IMG/VR virus record: IMGVR_UViG_3300037310_000255
Location: 1-39,355 of that record
Direction: 5' to 3' (one strand)
Length of the DNA: 39,355 nt
Source: a virus
Taxonomy: Duplodnaviria > Caudoviricetes
The position numbers and the translations under genes are program-made. Under the pieces are notes generated by a model that was not told where the DNA came from, did no database searches, and saw nothing but the letters and a program-made list of their open reading frames with translations. Of this stretch, positions 16,310 through 24,480 are shown in pieces. Each line of letters opens with the position of its first letter. Within the stretch, counting starts at the first letter, position 1.

Positions 16310-16825
16310 ATGTTTGTAACCGACGAATGGGCCGCGGAGCGCACCGGGAAACACCGAACCACGATCTTGCGCTGGCGGCTCTCCGGCACTTGGCCACCCG
16401 AGCTCGTGCGGCTCGCGCGCCTCGAGCTCGAGGGCGATCTCGCGCTGATCCATGCCGATTGGGAGGGTTGGCGGCTCGATGCACGCTCCGGTGAGCTTTG
16501 CGCGCCGCTCAGCCGCCTGACGTTCAAACCCGGCCGCTTGCTCGCGATCCCGCTGCGCGAGCAGCACGTGCACGCGCTGCAGCGTCAGCTCGACTCCTTG
16601 CGTAACGAAACCGTCGTGCATCGCGATCAGCGCTCGGCTGGTCGTCGCGCTCGGCTGGTCGTCGCGCTCGGCTGGTCGTCGCGCTCGGCTGGTCGTCGCG
16701 CTCGGTTCGTCGACGGAGCGGGCACGGTGTGTCCGCATTGCGGTGCCAGCGATCGAAGGCGATCGTCTCGTACAGACGACTTTGACTTCGGTGCGAGACG
16801 CTCGGGAGCTCGGTGGGCACGCTGA
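16310..16825 (+). CDS. HTH + DUF3653-like putative regulator; its 3' part contains the 17-bp tandem repeat
   Basis: AAERTGKHRTTILRW forms an HTH; WEGWRL...GELCAP....F.PG.L resembles DUF3653. Confidence 0.6.
   Translation: MFVTDEWAAERTGKHRTTILRWRLSGTWPPELVRLARLELEGDLALIHADWEGWRLDARSGELCAPLSRLTFKPGRLLAIPLREQHVHALQRQLDSLRNETVVHRDQRSAGRRARLVVALGWSSRSAGRRARFVDGAGTVCPHCGASDRRRSSRTDDFDFGARRSGARWAR
16630..16705. repeat. 17-bp tandem repeat, four exact copies plus a partial fifth
   Basis: GCGCTCGGCTGGTCGTC at 16630, 16647, 16664 and 16681; GCGCTCGG at 16698. Confidence 0.95.
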
Positions 16826-16859
16826 TGCGTGCGCACCGAGCCGTGAGTTGCTCATAGGG

Positions 16860-17222
16860 TTTTGCACACGGCCTGGTCTGTGGATGAGTTTTTCCTTCGT
16901 TCGCGCCGCTCCTTTTAGGTGCGGGTGGTAAAACTTATCCCCAGAGTCTGTGCAGAACGAGTTATCCCCGTTATTCACAGGCCCTGTAGTTACGTTGAGG
17001 TAGAGAAGAACGACTCTTAAGACGAAAAGGAGTCGTGTGGATAACTCTCGCTCCGAGGCTCTGGAAGCCGCGCCGTTCCTAGTGCCCGCCGAATTTTTGC
17101 GCAAAAGTGCTGTGGATAAGTGCAAAAACCGCCACTTCAGAAAGGCGCATAATGTATAGATCGTGGCGTCCGCCGACGCTCTGAAACCCGCGCCACTCTT
17201 GGGTTTCCTCGACTTATCCACT
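16860..17222. promoter_or_regulatory. DnaA-box cluster, putative replication origin
   Basis: TTWTNCACA matches at 16860(+), 16971(+), 17036(-) and 17111(-); near-matches at 16879(-), 16935(+), 16949(-), 16962(+) and 17214(+); AT-richer non-coding gap. Confidence 0.75.
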
Positions 17223-17357
17223 GTGCATTTTGCACTCGACAGCGCCCGGGGCTTGTTGCAGAGCCCTGATTCGTAAGCTTAGTTTTCAGGCCCTCCGAAC
17301 AACCAGTACGGCACCACCGCGTGGCAACGAGCGGACTGCCGGTAACGGAAGGCCTCC

Positions 17358-17582
17358 ATGAGCTTGCACAGGACCCGGACCTGCCGCTTCTGCGAACTGA
17401 CGGCGCCGGCCGTCACGATGGTGCGCTTCGGCACCCGCTACGCGCACCCCGCCTGCGGCCTCGACCGGCTCGGTAGCGGATTCATCGCCAGTATCGCCCC
17501 CGTCGAGGTCGGCCGGATCCCCGTCGGCATCGCCATCCAGTACGGCGTGCTCGACGCGATCGAACGCCGGCTCGCAGCGTAG
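17358..17582 (+). CDS. small Zn-finger-like protein
   Basis: CRFC...HPAC; first gene of the early cluster. Confidence 0.6.
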   Translation: MSLHRTRTCRFCELTAPAVTMVRFGTRYAHPACGLDRLGSGFIASIAPVEVGRIPVGIAIQYGVLDAIERRLAA

Positions 17583-17589
17583 CCCGGCC

Positions 17590-17820
17590 ATGGCGCGCGT
17601 CGACCTCCACTCCGTGACCGTCAGCGACGAGGATCTGCGGCTGATCCAAAAGCTGCTGGCGCACGTCAACCAAACCGACTTCTGCTCGCACGGCGAGCTC
17701 ACCGTCGAGACGCTCGCGGCGATGCTGCTCGAGGACGTCGCGCTCGCGTGGCGCCGGCCGGGCTCCTGGGAGGGCTCCAACATGGCCCAGGTCCTCGCGA
17801 GTCACGGGTATCACCTGTGA
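17590..17820 (+). CDS. hypothetical protein
   Basis: SHGELTV..L..MLLEDVA...RRPGSWEG; strong coding-like codon usage. Confidence 0.7.
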   Translation: MARVDLHSVTVSDEDLRLIQKLLAHVNQTDFCSHGELTVETLAAMLLEDVALAWRRPGSWEGSNMAQVLASHGYHL

Positions 17821-18056
17821 GCGGCTACTACCTCGCCTTCGGTTCGTGCATCGGCTGCGGCCGTCCGTTCTCGTTCAACCCGGAGCTCGTGCCGAGCTCG
17901 AGCGCCGTCACCGGCAAGCGCGAACCGATCTGTCCGAACTGCCTTGCCTCGATCAACGCGTACAAGCGCGAGCACGGCATGCCGGAGTGGACGCCGCCGC
18001 GCGGCGCGTACGAACCCGCGCCGGAAATGCCGGACGGCGAGCCGTGGGAGCCATAA
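17817..18056 (+). CDS. small Zn-ribbon protein
   Basis: GTGA overlap; CIGC...FNPELVPS...EPICPNC. Confidence 0.7.
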   Translation: MSGYYLAFGSCIGCGRPFSFNPELVPSSSAVTGKREPICPNCLASINAYKREHGMPEWTPPRGAYEPAPEMPDGEPWEP

Positions 18057-18064
18057 AGCCCGCG

Positions 18065-18220
18065 ATGTGCACTCACCACGACTGCCGCTGCGCTCGAGCT
18101 AACGAGCTTGCCCATCTCTACGACCGCTACGGGCGGGTCACCTACCTGCTCGATGCCATCCGCGTCCACAACCAAGAAGTCGTCTGCCGGCGCCCCGCGC
18201 CGCCGAAGGAGCCACAGTGA
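18065..18220 (+). CDS. small Cys/His-rich hypothetical protein
   Basis: MCTHHDCRC...; fills the gap and overlaps the next start. Confidence 0.5.
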   Translation: MCTHHDCRCARANELAHLYDRYGRVTYLLDAIRVHNQEVVCRRPAPPKEPQ

Positions 18221-18450
18221 CCAAACGCCGTCGCAAGTTGATGCCCGAGCTCGACCTCCCGGAGCTCGTCGCCAGTGTCTTCACCGAGTACCTGGGCCCG
18301 CGGCGGCTTGGGAAGTTGACGTCCGAGCAGCGCCGAGATCGCGCGCTGCTGGCGCACGGTGTCGGCGTCAGCGTCGGGCAGATCCTCGACAACAAACCAC
18401 GCGTGCCGGCTCTCGACTTCTATCCGAGCCGTCCGGAGGGCGCGCCGTGA
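18217..18450 (+). CDS. hypothetical protein
   Basis: SD AAGGAG; GTGA coupling at both ends. Confidence 0.6.
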   Translation: MTKRRRKLMPELDLPELVASVFTEYLGPRRLGKLTSEQRRDRALLAHGVGVSVGQILDNKPRVPALDFYPSRPEGAP

Positions 18451-18710
18451 TCAAGTTCAACGCGAACGACGGCAAGGGCGGCACCGTGTTCGGCCTGGGG
18501 CTCGACTTCACGAACCTCGAGCGGCTCAGAAAGGGCGAGCCGATCTCAGTCGATCTCGCGCAGCTTGGCGGTCAAGGGCGCGTGATCATCTTCGCCGGCG
18601 AGACCATCGCCGCCATGACGGAGCAGATCATCGACTCCGGCATGGTGACGGCGGACACGAAGATCCGCGGGCTCGGCGGCAAGTGCGAGGGCGGGTCATG
18701 CGAGCACTAA
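18447..18710 (+). CDS. hypothetical protein
   Basis: SD GGAGG; GLGLDFTNLERLRKGEPI...IIFAGET. Confidence 0.7.
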   Translation: MIKFNANDGKGGTVFGLGLDFTNLERLRKGEPISVDLAQLGGQGRVIIFAGETIAAMTEQIIDSGMVTADTKIRGLGGKCEGGSCEH

Positions 18711-19066
18711 GCGATGCAGATCGCGAGCGCGTGACCGAGCTCGCCGAAGAGGGCCTCTCCGCCAAGCGCATCGGCGCCATGCTCGGCAAGCACCCGTCGA
18801 CGGTGCAGTGGTGCCTCTACTCAACCGGGCTGCGCGCGCCGTCGTACGGCTCGACACCGGGCGGCTCGTACACGCGCCGTGACGGCCGCGTCGTGCACCG
18901 CTTCACGCCGGACGAAGACCGCTACATCGAGCAGCTCCGCGTGCGCGGGCTCGGCCTGCGCGAGATCGCGGCGCTTGCGAGCGCGCGCTTCGGCACGCAG
19001 CGCACGCACCACACGATCCGTTGCCGCCTCGTGATGCGCGCCGCGAGCGAGGAGGCCATCGCATGA
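18698..19066 (+). CDS. double helix-turn-helix DNA-binding protein
   Basis: GLSAKRIGAMLGKHPSTVQW and Myb-like FTPDED..I..LR..GL..REIA. Confidence 0.75.
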   Translation: MRALSDADRERVTELAEEGLSAKRIGAMLGKHPSTVQWCLYSTGLRAPSYGSTPGGSYTRRDGRVVHRFTPDEDRYIEQLRVRGLGLREIAALASARFGTQRTHHTIRCRLVMRAASEEAIA

Positions 19067-19260
19067 GCGCCGTACCGATCGATCGCGAGTGCGCGCAGTT
19101 TCGGCTGAACCAGCTCTGCGACTACATGGAGCGGCTCGCCGATCGATGCGGCTGGGACAAGCTCGAGACCCAATGCAGCGAGATCGAGCGGCTCAATCGC
19201 GACCGCTACAAAGCCTATCTCGCGGAAGCCGATCAGCTCGATGCGGCGCTCGGCGTATGA
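19063..19260 (+). CDS. hypothetical protein
   Basis: SD GAGGAGG; ATGA coupling. Confidence 0.65.
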   Translation: MSAVPIDRECAQFRLNQLCDYMERLADRCGWDKLETQCSEIERLNRDRYKAYLAEADQLDAALGV

Positions 19261-19562
19261 CGGCAGACCAGAAGGTGGAAAGGCTGAGCCCGACGATGCG
19301 CGAGGCCTGCGCCACGGCACACGCGCGGGGTGACGGCAAGCTCTACCGGCATCCTCACGGCCTCTGGACGCCGATCGGGCGCTGCCCGCACACGAGCATG
19401 TCGGAGTGCATGCGCGGCGGGCACTTCAGCACGAACACCGTCGAAGCCCTCGTCGAGCGCGGCGCGGCCGTCGTGTCGCATTGGGCGAAGCGCAAGTCCG
19501 ACGGCCAGACGTTCGCGACGGAGATCTCGATCAAGCCTCTCACCGAGCTCGAGGGCCGATGA
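19257..19562 (+). CDS. hypothetical protein
   Basis: ATGA coupling at both ends; T.TVEALVERG motif. Confidence 0.65.
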   Translation: MTADQKVERLSPTMREACATAHARGDGKLYRHPHGLWTPIGRCPHTSMSECMRGGHFSTNTVEALVERGAAVVSHWAKRKSDGQTFATEISIKPLTELEGR

Positions 19563-19936
19563 GCGCCAGCGGCCAACTCTTCGCGAAGGAGATCTCGGTC
19601 GACGAGAAGATCCACGAGCTCGAGCGCGAGCTCGCCATGCGCCGACGCGTCTACAAGCGAATGATCCGGCAACACCGCTGCTCGCGGGAGTGGGCCGAGG
19701 AGAAGATCGCGATCATCGAGGCGATGCTTGTGGACTACCGGGCGCTGATCGTCAAAGGCCCGCGGCCGCGGATCCCGACCGCGGATGTGCACCTGCTTGG
19801 CGATATTCGCGTCACCGAAGGGCCGAACGAGCCGCCGACGCTGTTCGAGCGCGCGGTGTTGCTCGCTTTCCACTCGCCGGACGACTTCCGCAACGCCGTG
19901 GCGGGCGGCACGGCCTACTTCTGGAAGCTCAAGTGA
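19559..19936 (+). CDS. hypothetical phage protein
   Basis: KIHELERELAMRRRVY...AEEKIAIIEA; ATGA coupling. Confidence 0.7.
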   Translation: MSASGQLFAKEISVDEKIHELERELAMRRRVYKRMIRQHRCSREWAEEKIAIIEAMLVDYRALIVKGPRPRIPTADVHLLGDIRVTEGPNEPPTLFERAVLLAFHSPDDFRNAVAGGTAYFWKLK

Positions 19937-20865
19937 AGCCGCACGATCAACCGGGCGCGACAATCGACGTCGAGCCGACGAAGCCGGCCGAGAAGGGCCA
20001 ATCGGTGACGACGTACCGCGAGCCGGGCGTGCCGGCGAACCCGTTCGACGTCGAGCCGGCGCACTTCCAGAAGCAGATCCAGCAGCGCGGCGAGAACTAT
20101 CAGGCGCTCGTCGGCTGGCTCGTCGACAACATGGTCGAGGGCGAGGACGTCGTCGCCGTGCACGTCACGAAGCGCGACGACTGTCAGTTCGGCGGGCCGC
20201 CGCCGAAAGGCAACTGCAGCGCGGCTGTGTGCCCGTGGCACTGGTCGGATCCCGATCTCAGCAAGAAGGGCGCCGAGAAGATCTGCGGCCTGCTCGGGCT
20301 CGGCACGCGGTTCCTCGGCATGTCGGACTTCCAGCGCGCAGCGCTGCAGGGCATGCCGATCGAGCACGTGATCATCGACTGCGAGCTCTACGCGGCGAAC
20401 GGCAGCGCGCTCTCGCAAGGCACGGGCGCGTGCTCGTTGAGCGAGGTCAAGGGGAACCTCAACGCGGCGATGAAGAAGGCGTGCAAACGCGCGCACGTCG
20501 ACGCCGTGAAGCGCTGCGCCGGCCTCTCCGGCCTCGCGACCGAGATCAAGCGGCGCATGCCGCCGGTGGACCCCGCGGCCGCGGCGCAACAGGCGCGCGG
20601 CGCGAGCGCGGCGGCACGGATGCGCGGCGAGAATAAGCCGTACACGACCGGCAAGGCGCTCGACGTCTGCCCGATCGGCAAGCACAAAGGTGTGCAGTGG
20701 CGCGACGTCCCGAGCGATTACCTCGAGTGGGTCGTGCGCGAGCTCACCGGCAAGCCCGATATCGTCGAGGCCGCGAGCAACGAGCTCACGCGCCGACGTG
20801 GCGAAGCCGCCGAGCTCGCCGCGGAGATGGGTCGCGAGCCCGGCGAGGACGACAACGATGGCTAG
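19933..20865 (+). CDS. Rad52/Sak-like single-strand annealing protein fused to a DUF3820 / ExoX-C-like domain
   Basis: LSKKGAEKIC, G.GACS..E, NAAMKKACKRAHVDAV.....LS; C-terminal PIGKHKG..W.DVPSDYLEW. Confidence 0.65.
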   Translation: MKPHDQPGATIDVEPTKPAEKGQSVTTYREPGVPANPFDVEPAHFQKQIQQRGENYQALVGWLVDNMVEGEDVVAVHVTKRDDCQFGGPPPKGNCSAAVCPWHWSDPDLSKKGAEKICGLLGLGTRFLGMSDFQRAALQGMPIEHVIIDCELYAANGSALSQGTGACSLSEVKGNLNAAMKKACKRAHVDAVKRCAGLSGLATEIKRRMPPVDPAAAAQQARGASAAARMRGENKPYTTGKALDVCPIGKHKGVQWRDVPSDYLEWVVRELTGKPDIVEAASNELTRRRGEAAELAAEMGREPGEDDNDG

Positions 20866-21145
20866 GCGCGGCGGCCGTCGACGGTTGGGCCCGTGCTGCG
20901 CGTGCGGCCGTGACGACTCGACCGTGGCCAACATCATGTGTCTCGACTTCGAGGGGCCGGAGGGCTTCATCTGTGACGCCTGCGTCGAGGCGAACGCAGA
21001 GCCAAAGCGCGTCTGCGGCGGCCAGTACGTTGGCGACGGCGTGCGAGTGGAGATCGCGACGCGCAAGCCCATCGTCCACGATCTGACGAAACACGGCGCG
21101 GAAGATCTCGAGCAGCACACTCGGCACGGCGGGCAGATCCAGTGA
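20858..21145 (+). CDS. Cys-rich hypothetical protein
   Basis: LGPCCACG...ICDAC; SD GAGG. Confidence 0.65.
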   Translation: MARRGGRRRLGPCCACGRDDSTVANIMCLDFEGPEGFICDACVEANAEPKRVCGGQYVGDGVRVEIATRKPIVHDLTKHGAEDLEQHTRHGGQIQ

Positions 21146-21666
21146 CGTTTCGATTCACCGACAAGTCGCAGCTCGAGCACCTGAGCCCGGAGCTCCGCGC
21201 GATCGTCGAGCGCGAGCTCGAGGCGGCGCAGCGCGACAACGCGGCCGCCGGCGTCGAGCCCGTGACGAACGTCGAGTCGAGCGATCGTCGCGGGCGGCCC
21301 GAGCAAGAAGCCGGCCGCGAGCTCATCCGCTGGATCGACACGTTGATGGATCCGCGCACGGTCGGTCGAGTCGGCGACTACTTCGCGCACAACGCGAACG
21401 GCGGCGCGCGAACGGCGATCGAGGCCGCGATTCTGATCGGGCAGGGTGTGCGCCCGGGCTGGCCCGACTACACGCTCTACCTGCCGCGCGGCCGTTGGCA
21501 CGGCCTCGTGCTCGAGCTCAAGGCGACGGACGGTGAGAAGCCGGCCGCCGAGCAGCTCGAGATCCTCGTGAGGCTCGAGCGGCAAGGCTACAAAGCGGTC
21601 GTCGCGTGGGGCTTCGAAGAGGCGCGGCGCGCCATCGAGGAGTATCTCGGCTGTGCCGGCGCTTAA
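21142..21666 (+). CDS. VRR-NUC (PD-(D/E)xK) nuclease
   Basis: GVRPGWPD..L......GLVLELKA......EQ.....L...GY...V. Confidence 0.85.
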   Translation: MTFRFTDKSQLEHLSPELRAIVERELEAAQRDNAAAGVEPVTNVESSDRRGRPEQEAGRELIRWIDTLMDPRTVGRVGDYFAHNANGGARTAIEAAILIGQGVRPGWPDYTLYLPRGRWHGLVLELKATDGEKPAAEQLEILVRLERQGYKAVVAWGFEEARRAIEEYLGCAGA

Positions 21667-22063
21667 CTTCAAGCGCGACTTCGTCGCGGACATTCGCGCC
21701 GGCGTGAAGATCCACACGATCCGCGCACGGCGCGAGGACGGCAACGATCCGAAGATCGGCGACACGCTGCGGCTCTACACCGGCATGCGCACCAAGCAGT
21801 GCGAGCACATCCTCGACGTGATCGTGCGCAACGTGCGGCCGCTGCGTATGGTCCTCGGGCCGACGCGCCTATGGGTCGAGCTCGACGGCGAGGAACTCCG
21901 CGAGCTCGACAAGTTCGCGCGCAACGACGGCTTCAACTCGCCCGGGCACATGGCGGCCTGGTTCTGCGATCAGCGTCGCGCCGCTTACGCGCCGCCGAGC
22001 CCGGACGGCCTGCTGCACATCGACGACGCGCTCCTGATCCAGTGGGCGCCCACGGAGTACTGA
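21653..22063 (+). CDS. ASCH/PUA-like domain protein
   Basis: LNFKRDF...I..G.K.HTIR......GD.L.LYTGMRTK.C, FARNDGF. Confidence 0.8.
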   Translation: MPALNFKRDFVADIRAGVKIHTIRARREDGNDPKIGDTLRLYTGMRTKQCEHILDVIVRNVRPLRMVLGPTRLWVELDGEELRELDKFARNDGFNSPGHMAAWFCDQRRAAYAPPSPDGLLHIDDALLIQWAPTEY

Positions 22064-22418
22064 GCCAATGGCAGCGGCTGCTCGACCTGGGACGCTTGCG
22101 AGGATCCGCGCATGCCGACCGGCAACTGCGCGTGGTTCGTCTACGGGCTCTGCACGGCGTGCGTGATCGGCGTCCGCGCGCCGGAGAGCTGGGAGCGAGT
22201 GCCGTCCTATCTCGTGGACCTCGAGCTGCTATGAATTCCACAACGACCGCGGCTAAGCGTATGGCTCCTCGCGGAGCCGAAGTACGCGTGACTGGGATTG
22301 CTCGGAGCTGTAGCGCGCAGGGAGTCAGCCGAATTCAGAGCATAAGCCTGCGTAGCACGCCGCAACACGGCGAAGAAGGCGAGTCCCGGCCGGCAATCCG
22401 GCCGGCCGGGCTCCGCCG

Positions 22419-22961
22419 ATGATCGGCGACACGATCGAGGAGCTCGCGCATGCGATGCGCGCTCGGGCTATCGGCGCGGGCTGGATCAACTACGGCACTG
22501 CAGGGCCAGACGAGCTCATTCCGTTCACGGACTTCGTCGCGATCGGCGAGCTGACGGTTACCGTAATCTTCACGCGCGACGCCGGGCATCACACCGGCGG
22601 CTGGCTCAAGAACCCGGACTACGAGCGCTGCTATCACTTGTCCCTGTCGTTTCGCGGGAGCGACGGGCATCCGCTCAATCCGGCGCGCCGCCTCGAGCGC
22701 GCGCCGCAGATGCATCGACTCGCGCGTCAGATCTGCGTCGCGTTTTACGGGCCTGACACACGGTATCTGTGGGCAGAGCCGCCGTTCTCGGAGGAAGGGA
22801 AGCGGCTACAGGTGTGGCACTACCGGGTGTTCTGCGATCCGGCGTGGCGGCCGATCGTACCGCGGCGCGAGGTGTACTCGAGGGAGCTGACCGAAAAGGG
22901 CTGGAAGTCGTTCAGCGACCTGTACGGCCGGAAGCCGCAGACTGTCGTCGACGTCACGTGA
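22419..22961 (+). CDS. hypothetical phage protein
   Basis: FTRDAGHHTGGWLKNPDYERCYHLSLSF, WHYRVFCD; coding-like composition. Confidence 0.75.
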   Translation: MIGDTIEELAHAMRARAIGAGWINYGTAGPDELIPFTDFVAIGELTVTVIFTRDAGHHTGGWLKNPDYERCYHLSLSFRGSDGHPLNPARRLERAPQMHRLARQICVAFYGPDTRYLWAEPPFSEEGKRLQVWHYRVFCDPAWRPIVPRREVYSRELTEKGWKSFSDLYGRKPQTVVDVT

Positions 22962-23055
22962 CGCCCATAAATTATATATGGGTGAGTCGATTCGCTGGCC
23001 GCCTCGGCGTGTATCATCCGGCGGTCTATCCCGACAACGTTGAGGACCTCGACCC

Positions 23056-23220
23056 ATGGCCAGAAAGCAGCCGAACAGTGGCGGCAAGGGTAGCGGCGGC
23101 TCGCGCGGCGGCAAGACGAACACCGGCCGATCGACCGGTCCGAGAATGTCCGACGAGCGCCGCTCGGACGTGACGACGACGCCGACCCACAAGAACCCGT
23201 ACCCCCGCGGGCTCAGCTGA
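23056..23220 (+). CDS. 54-aa basic Gly-rich peptide, not in the ORF track
   Basis: GAGGA SD; MARKQPNSGGKGSGG...KNPYPRGLS*. Confidence 0.55.
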   Translation: MARKQPNSGGKGSGGSRGGKTNTGRSTGPRMSDERRSDVTTTPTHKNPYPRGLS

Positions 23221-23232
23221 GCCGCCAGACTT

Positions 23233-23754
23233 GTGGGCCGCAACAGCCCACCGACCCAGGAGGACCTGAGGCGCTCGCTGTCATACGACCCTGACAGCGG
23301 GCGCTTCACCTGGTTACGCGGCAAGCTCGCGGGTCAGGAAGCCGGCTACATCCACGGTGCGCCGCCCAAGCGCGGCTATCGAGTCATCGAGTTTCAGGGG
23401 CGCAACTACATGGCGCACCGGCTTGCCATGCTGTGGATGACCGGGCAGTGGCCGGACGAAGTTGATCATCGGAATGGCCGTCGGCACGACAATTGCTGGG
23501 ACAACCTGCGCGCCGCGACGCGCGAAGGTAATGCTCAGAACAAGGCCGTCCAGAGCAACTCCCGCAGCGGCGTCAGAGGCATCAACTGGTACCCCCGGTT
23601 CCAGAAGTGGCGTGCGAGCAGGGCGAGCAATGGAAAACGACAGCACCTTGGGTACTTCGCGACCATCGAGCAGGCGACTGAAGCTCGTCGCGCGGCCGAG
23701 CTCGCCCAGCACGGAGAGTTCGCTGCGTCGCGACGTGATTCCGCCCGTCTATAG
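23233..23754 (+). CDS. HNH homing endonuclease with an AP2-like C-terminal domain
   Basis: YDPDSG.F.W, AHRLA, VDHRNG...DN.W.NLR.AT...N..N, SG..G..W, HLGYF. Confidence 0.9.
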   Translation: MGRNSPPTQEDLRRSLSYDPDSGRFTWLRGKLAGQEAGYIHGAPPKRGYRVIEFQGRNYMAHRLAMLWMTGQWPDEVDHRNGRRHDNCWDNLRAATREGNAQNKAVQSNSRSGVRGINWYPRFQKWRASRASNGKRQHLGYFATIEQATEARRAAELAQHGEFAASRRDSARL

Positions 23755-23775
23755 ACGCGTCACCGCGAACGCGAC

Positions 23776-24480
23776 GTGCGGAAACGGCGTGATCCAAATC
23801 ATCTGCCCGAACTGCCGGACGCTCCACGAGCTCCAGCGGATCCACTGACGTCGCCGCCAGCCGAACCCCCCGGCAAAATCCCCGGCGCCAAGCGGCCCAA
23901 AAAGCAGCGCGCGGCGCGGAAGTCGTCCACTCGGCCGAGAAAATCCCCGCCGGCTCGAGCGCCAGCGGTGGACGAAAAACCGCTCACGGGCAAGCAGGCC
24001 GCGTTCGTGCGCTGGTACACGACGCCCGGCGAGACGCTGTTCAACGGCACGAAGTCGGCCGAGAAGGCAGGCTATCGCGGCAACGAGAACGCCCTCGCCG
24101 TTCAAGCCTATGAAAACCTAAGGAAGCCGCACATCGCGAAGGCGGTGCAGGCGGAGCTGCGCCGGCAGTACAGCGGGGCGGATCTCACCATCGAACGCGT
24201 GCTGCGCGACGTCGAGCTCGTGCGTCAGCTCGCGATCCGAGACGGCCGCTATCAAGCTGCGCTGCGAGCGTCGGACCTTCACGGCAAGTACCTGAAGATG
24301 TGGACGCAGAAGATCGAGCACCTCCACACGATCGAGGACGCTTCGACGGAGGAGCTGCTCGCGCTGCTCGGTCGATTGGTGAAGAACATCGATGGCCTCG
24401 ATCTCGCTCGGCTCCTTGCAGGAGATGGACCCGCGCCAAGCGGCGTACCTGATCCTGCGGGAGCTTCAACAACGCACTGA
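23776..24480 (+). CDS. terS: terminase small subunit; true start may be GTG 23968
   Basis: LTGKQAAFV..Y....NGTKSAEKAGY.....AYENLRKPHI; directly upstream of TerL. Confidence 0.85.
   Translation: MRKRRDPNHLPELPDAPRAPADPLTSPPAEPPGKIPGAKRPKKQRAARKSSTRPRKSPPARAPAVDEKPLTGKQAAFVRWYTTPGETLFNGTKSAEKAGYRGNENALAVQAYENLRKPHIAKAVQAELRRQYSGADLTIERVLRDVELVRQLAIRDGRYQAALRASDLHGKYLKMWTQKIEHLHTIEDASTEELLALLGRLVKNIDGLDLARLLAGDGPAPSGVPDPAGASTTH

Noticed and set aside
16630-16705. Possible CRISPR array
   Set aside because: The repeats are directly adjacent with no spacers, and there are no cas genes.
16247-17221. 324-aa minus-strand ORF across the origin region, as a possible Rep protein
   Set aside because: It has no recognisable motifs, translates the DnaA boxes and tandem repeat, and overlaps a better plus-strand gene.
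22064-22234. Open frame continuing in frame after the ASCH stop codon (readthrough, or a 40-aa ORF from 22112)
   Set aside because: There is no SD or readthrough signal, and short open frames are common at this GC content.
23735-23848. 37-aa ORF ending IICPNCRT, resembling half a Com-type zinc ribbon
   Set aside because: It has only one CxxC and overlaps both the HNH and terS frames, so support is insufficient.
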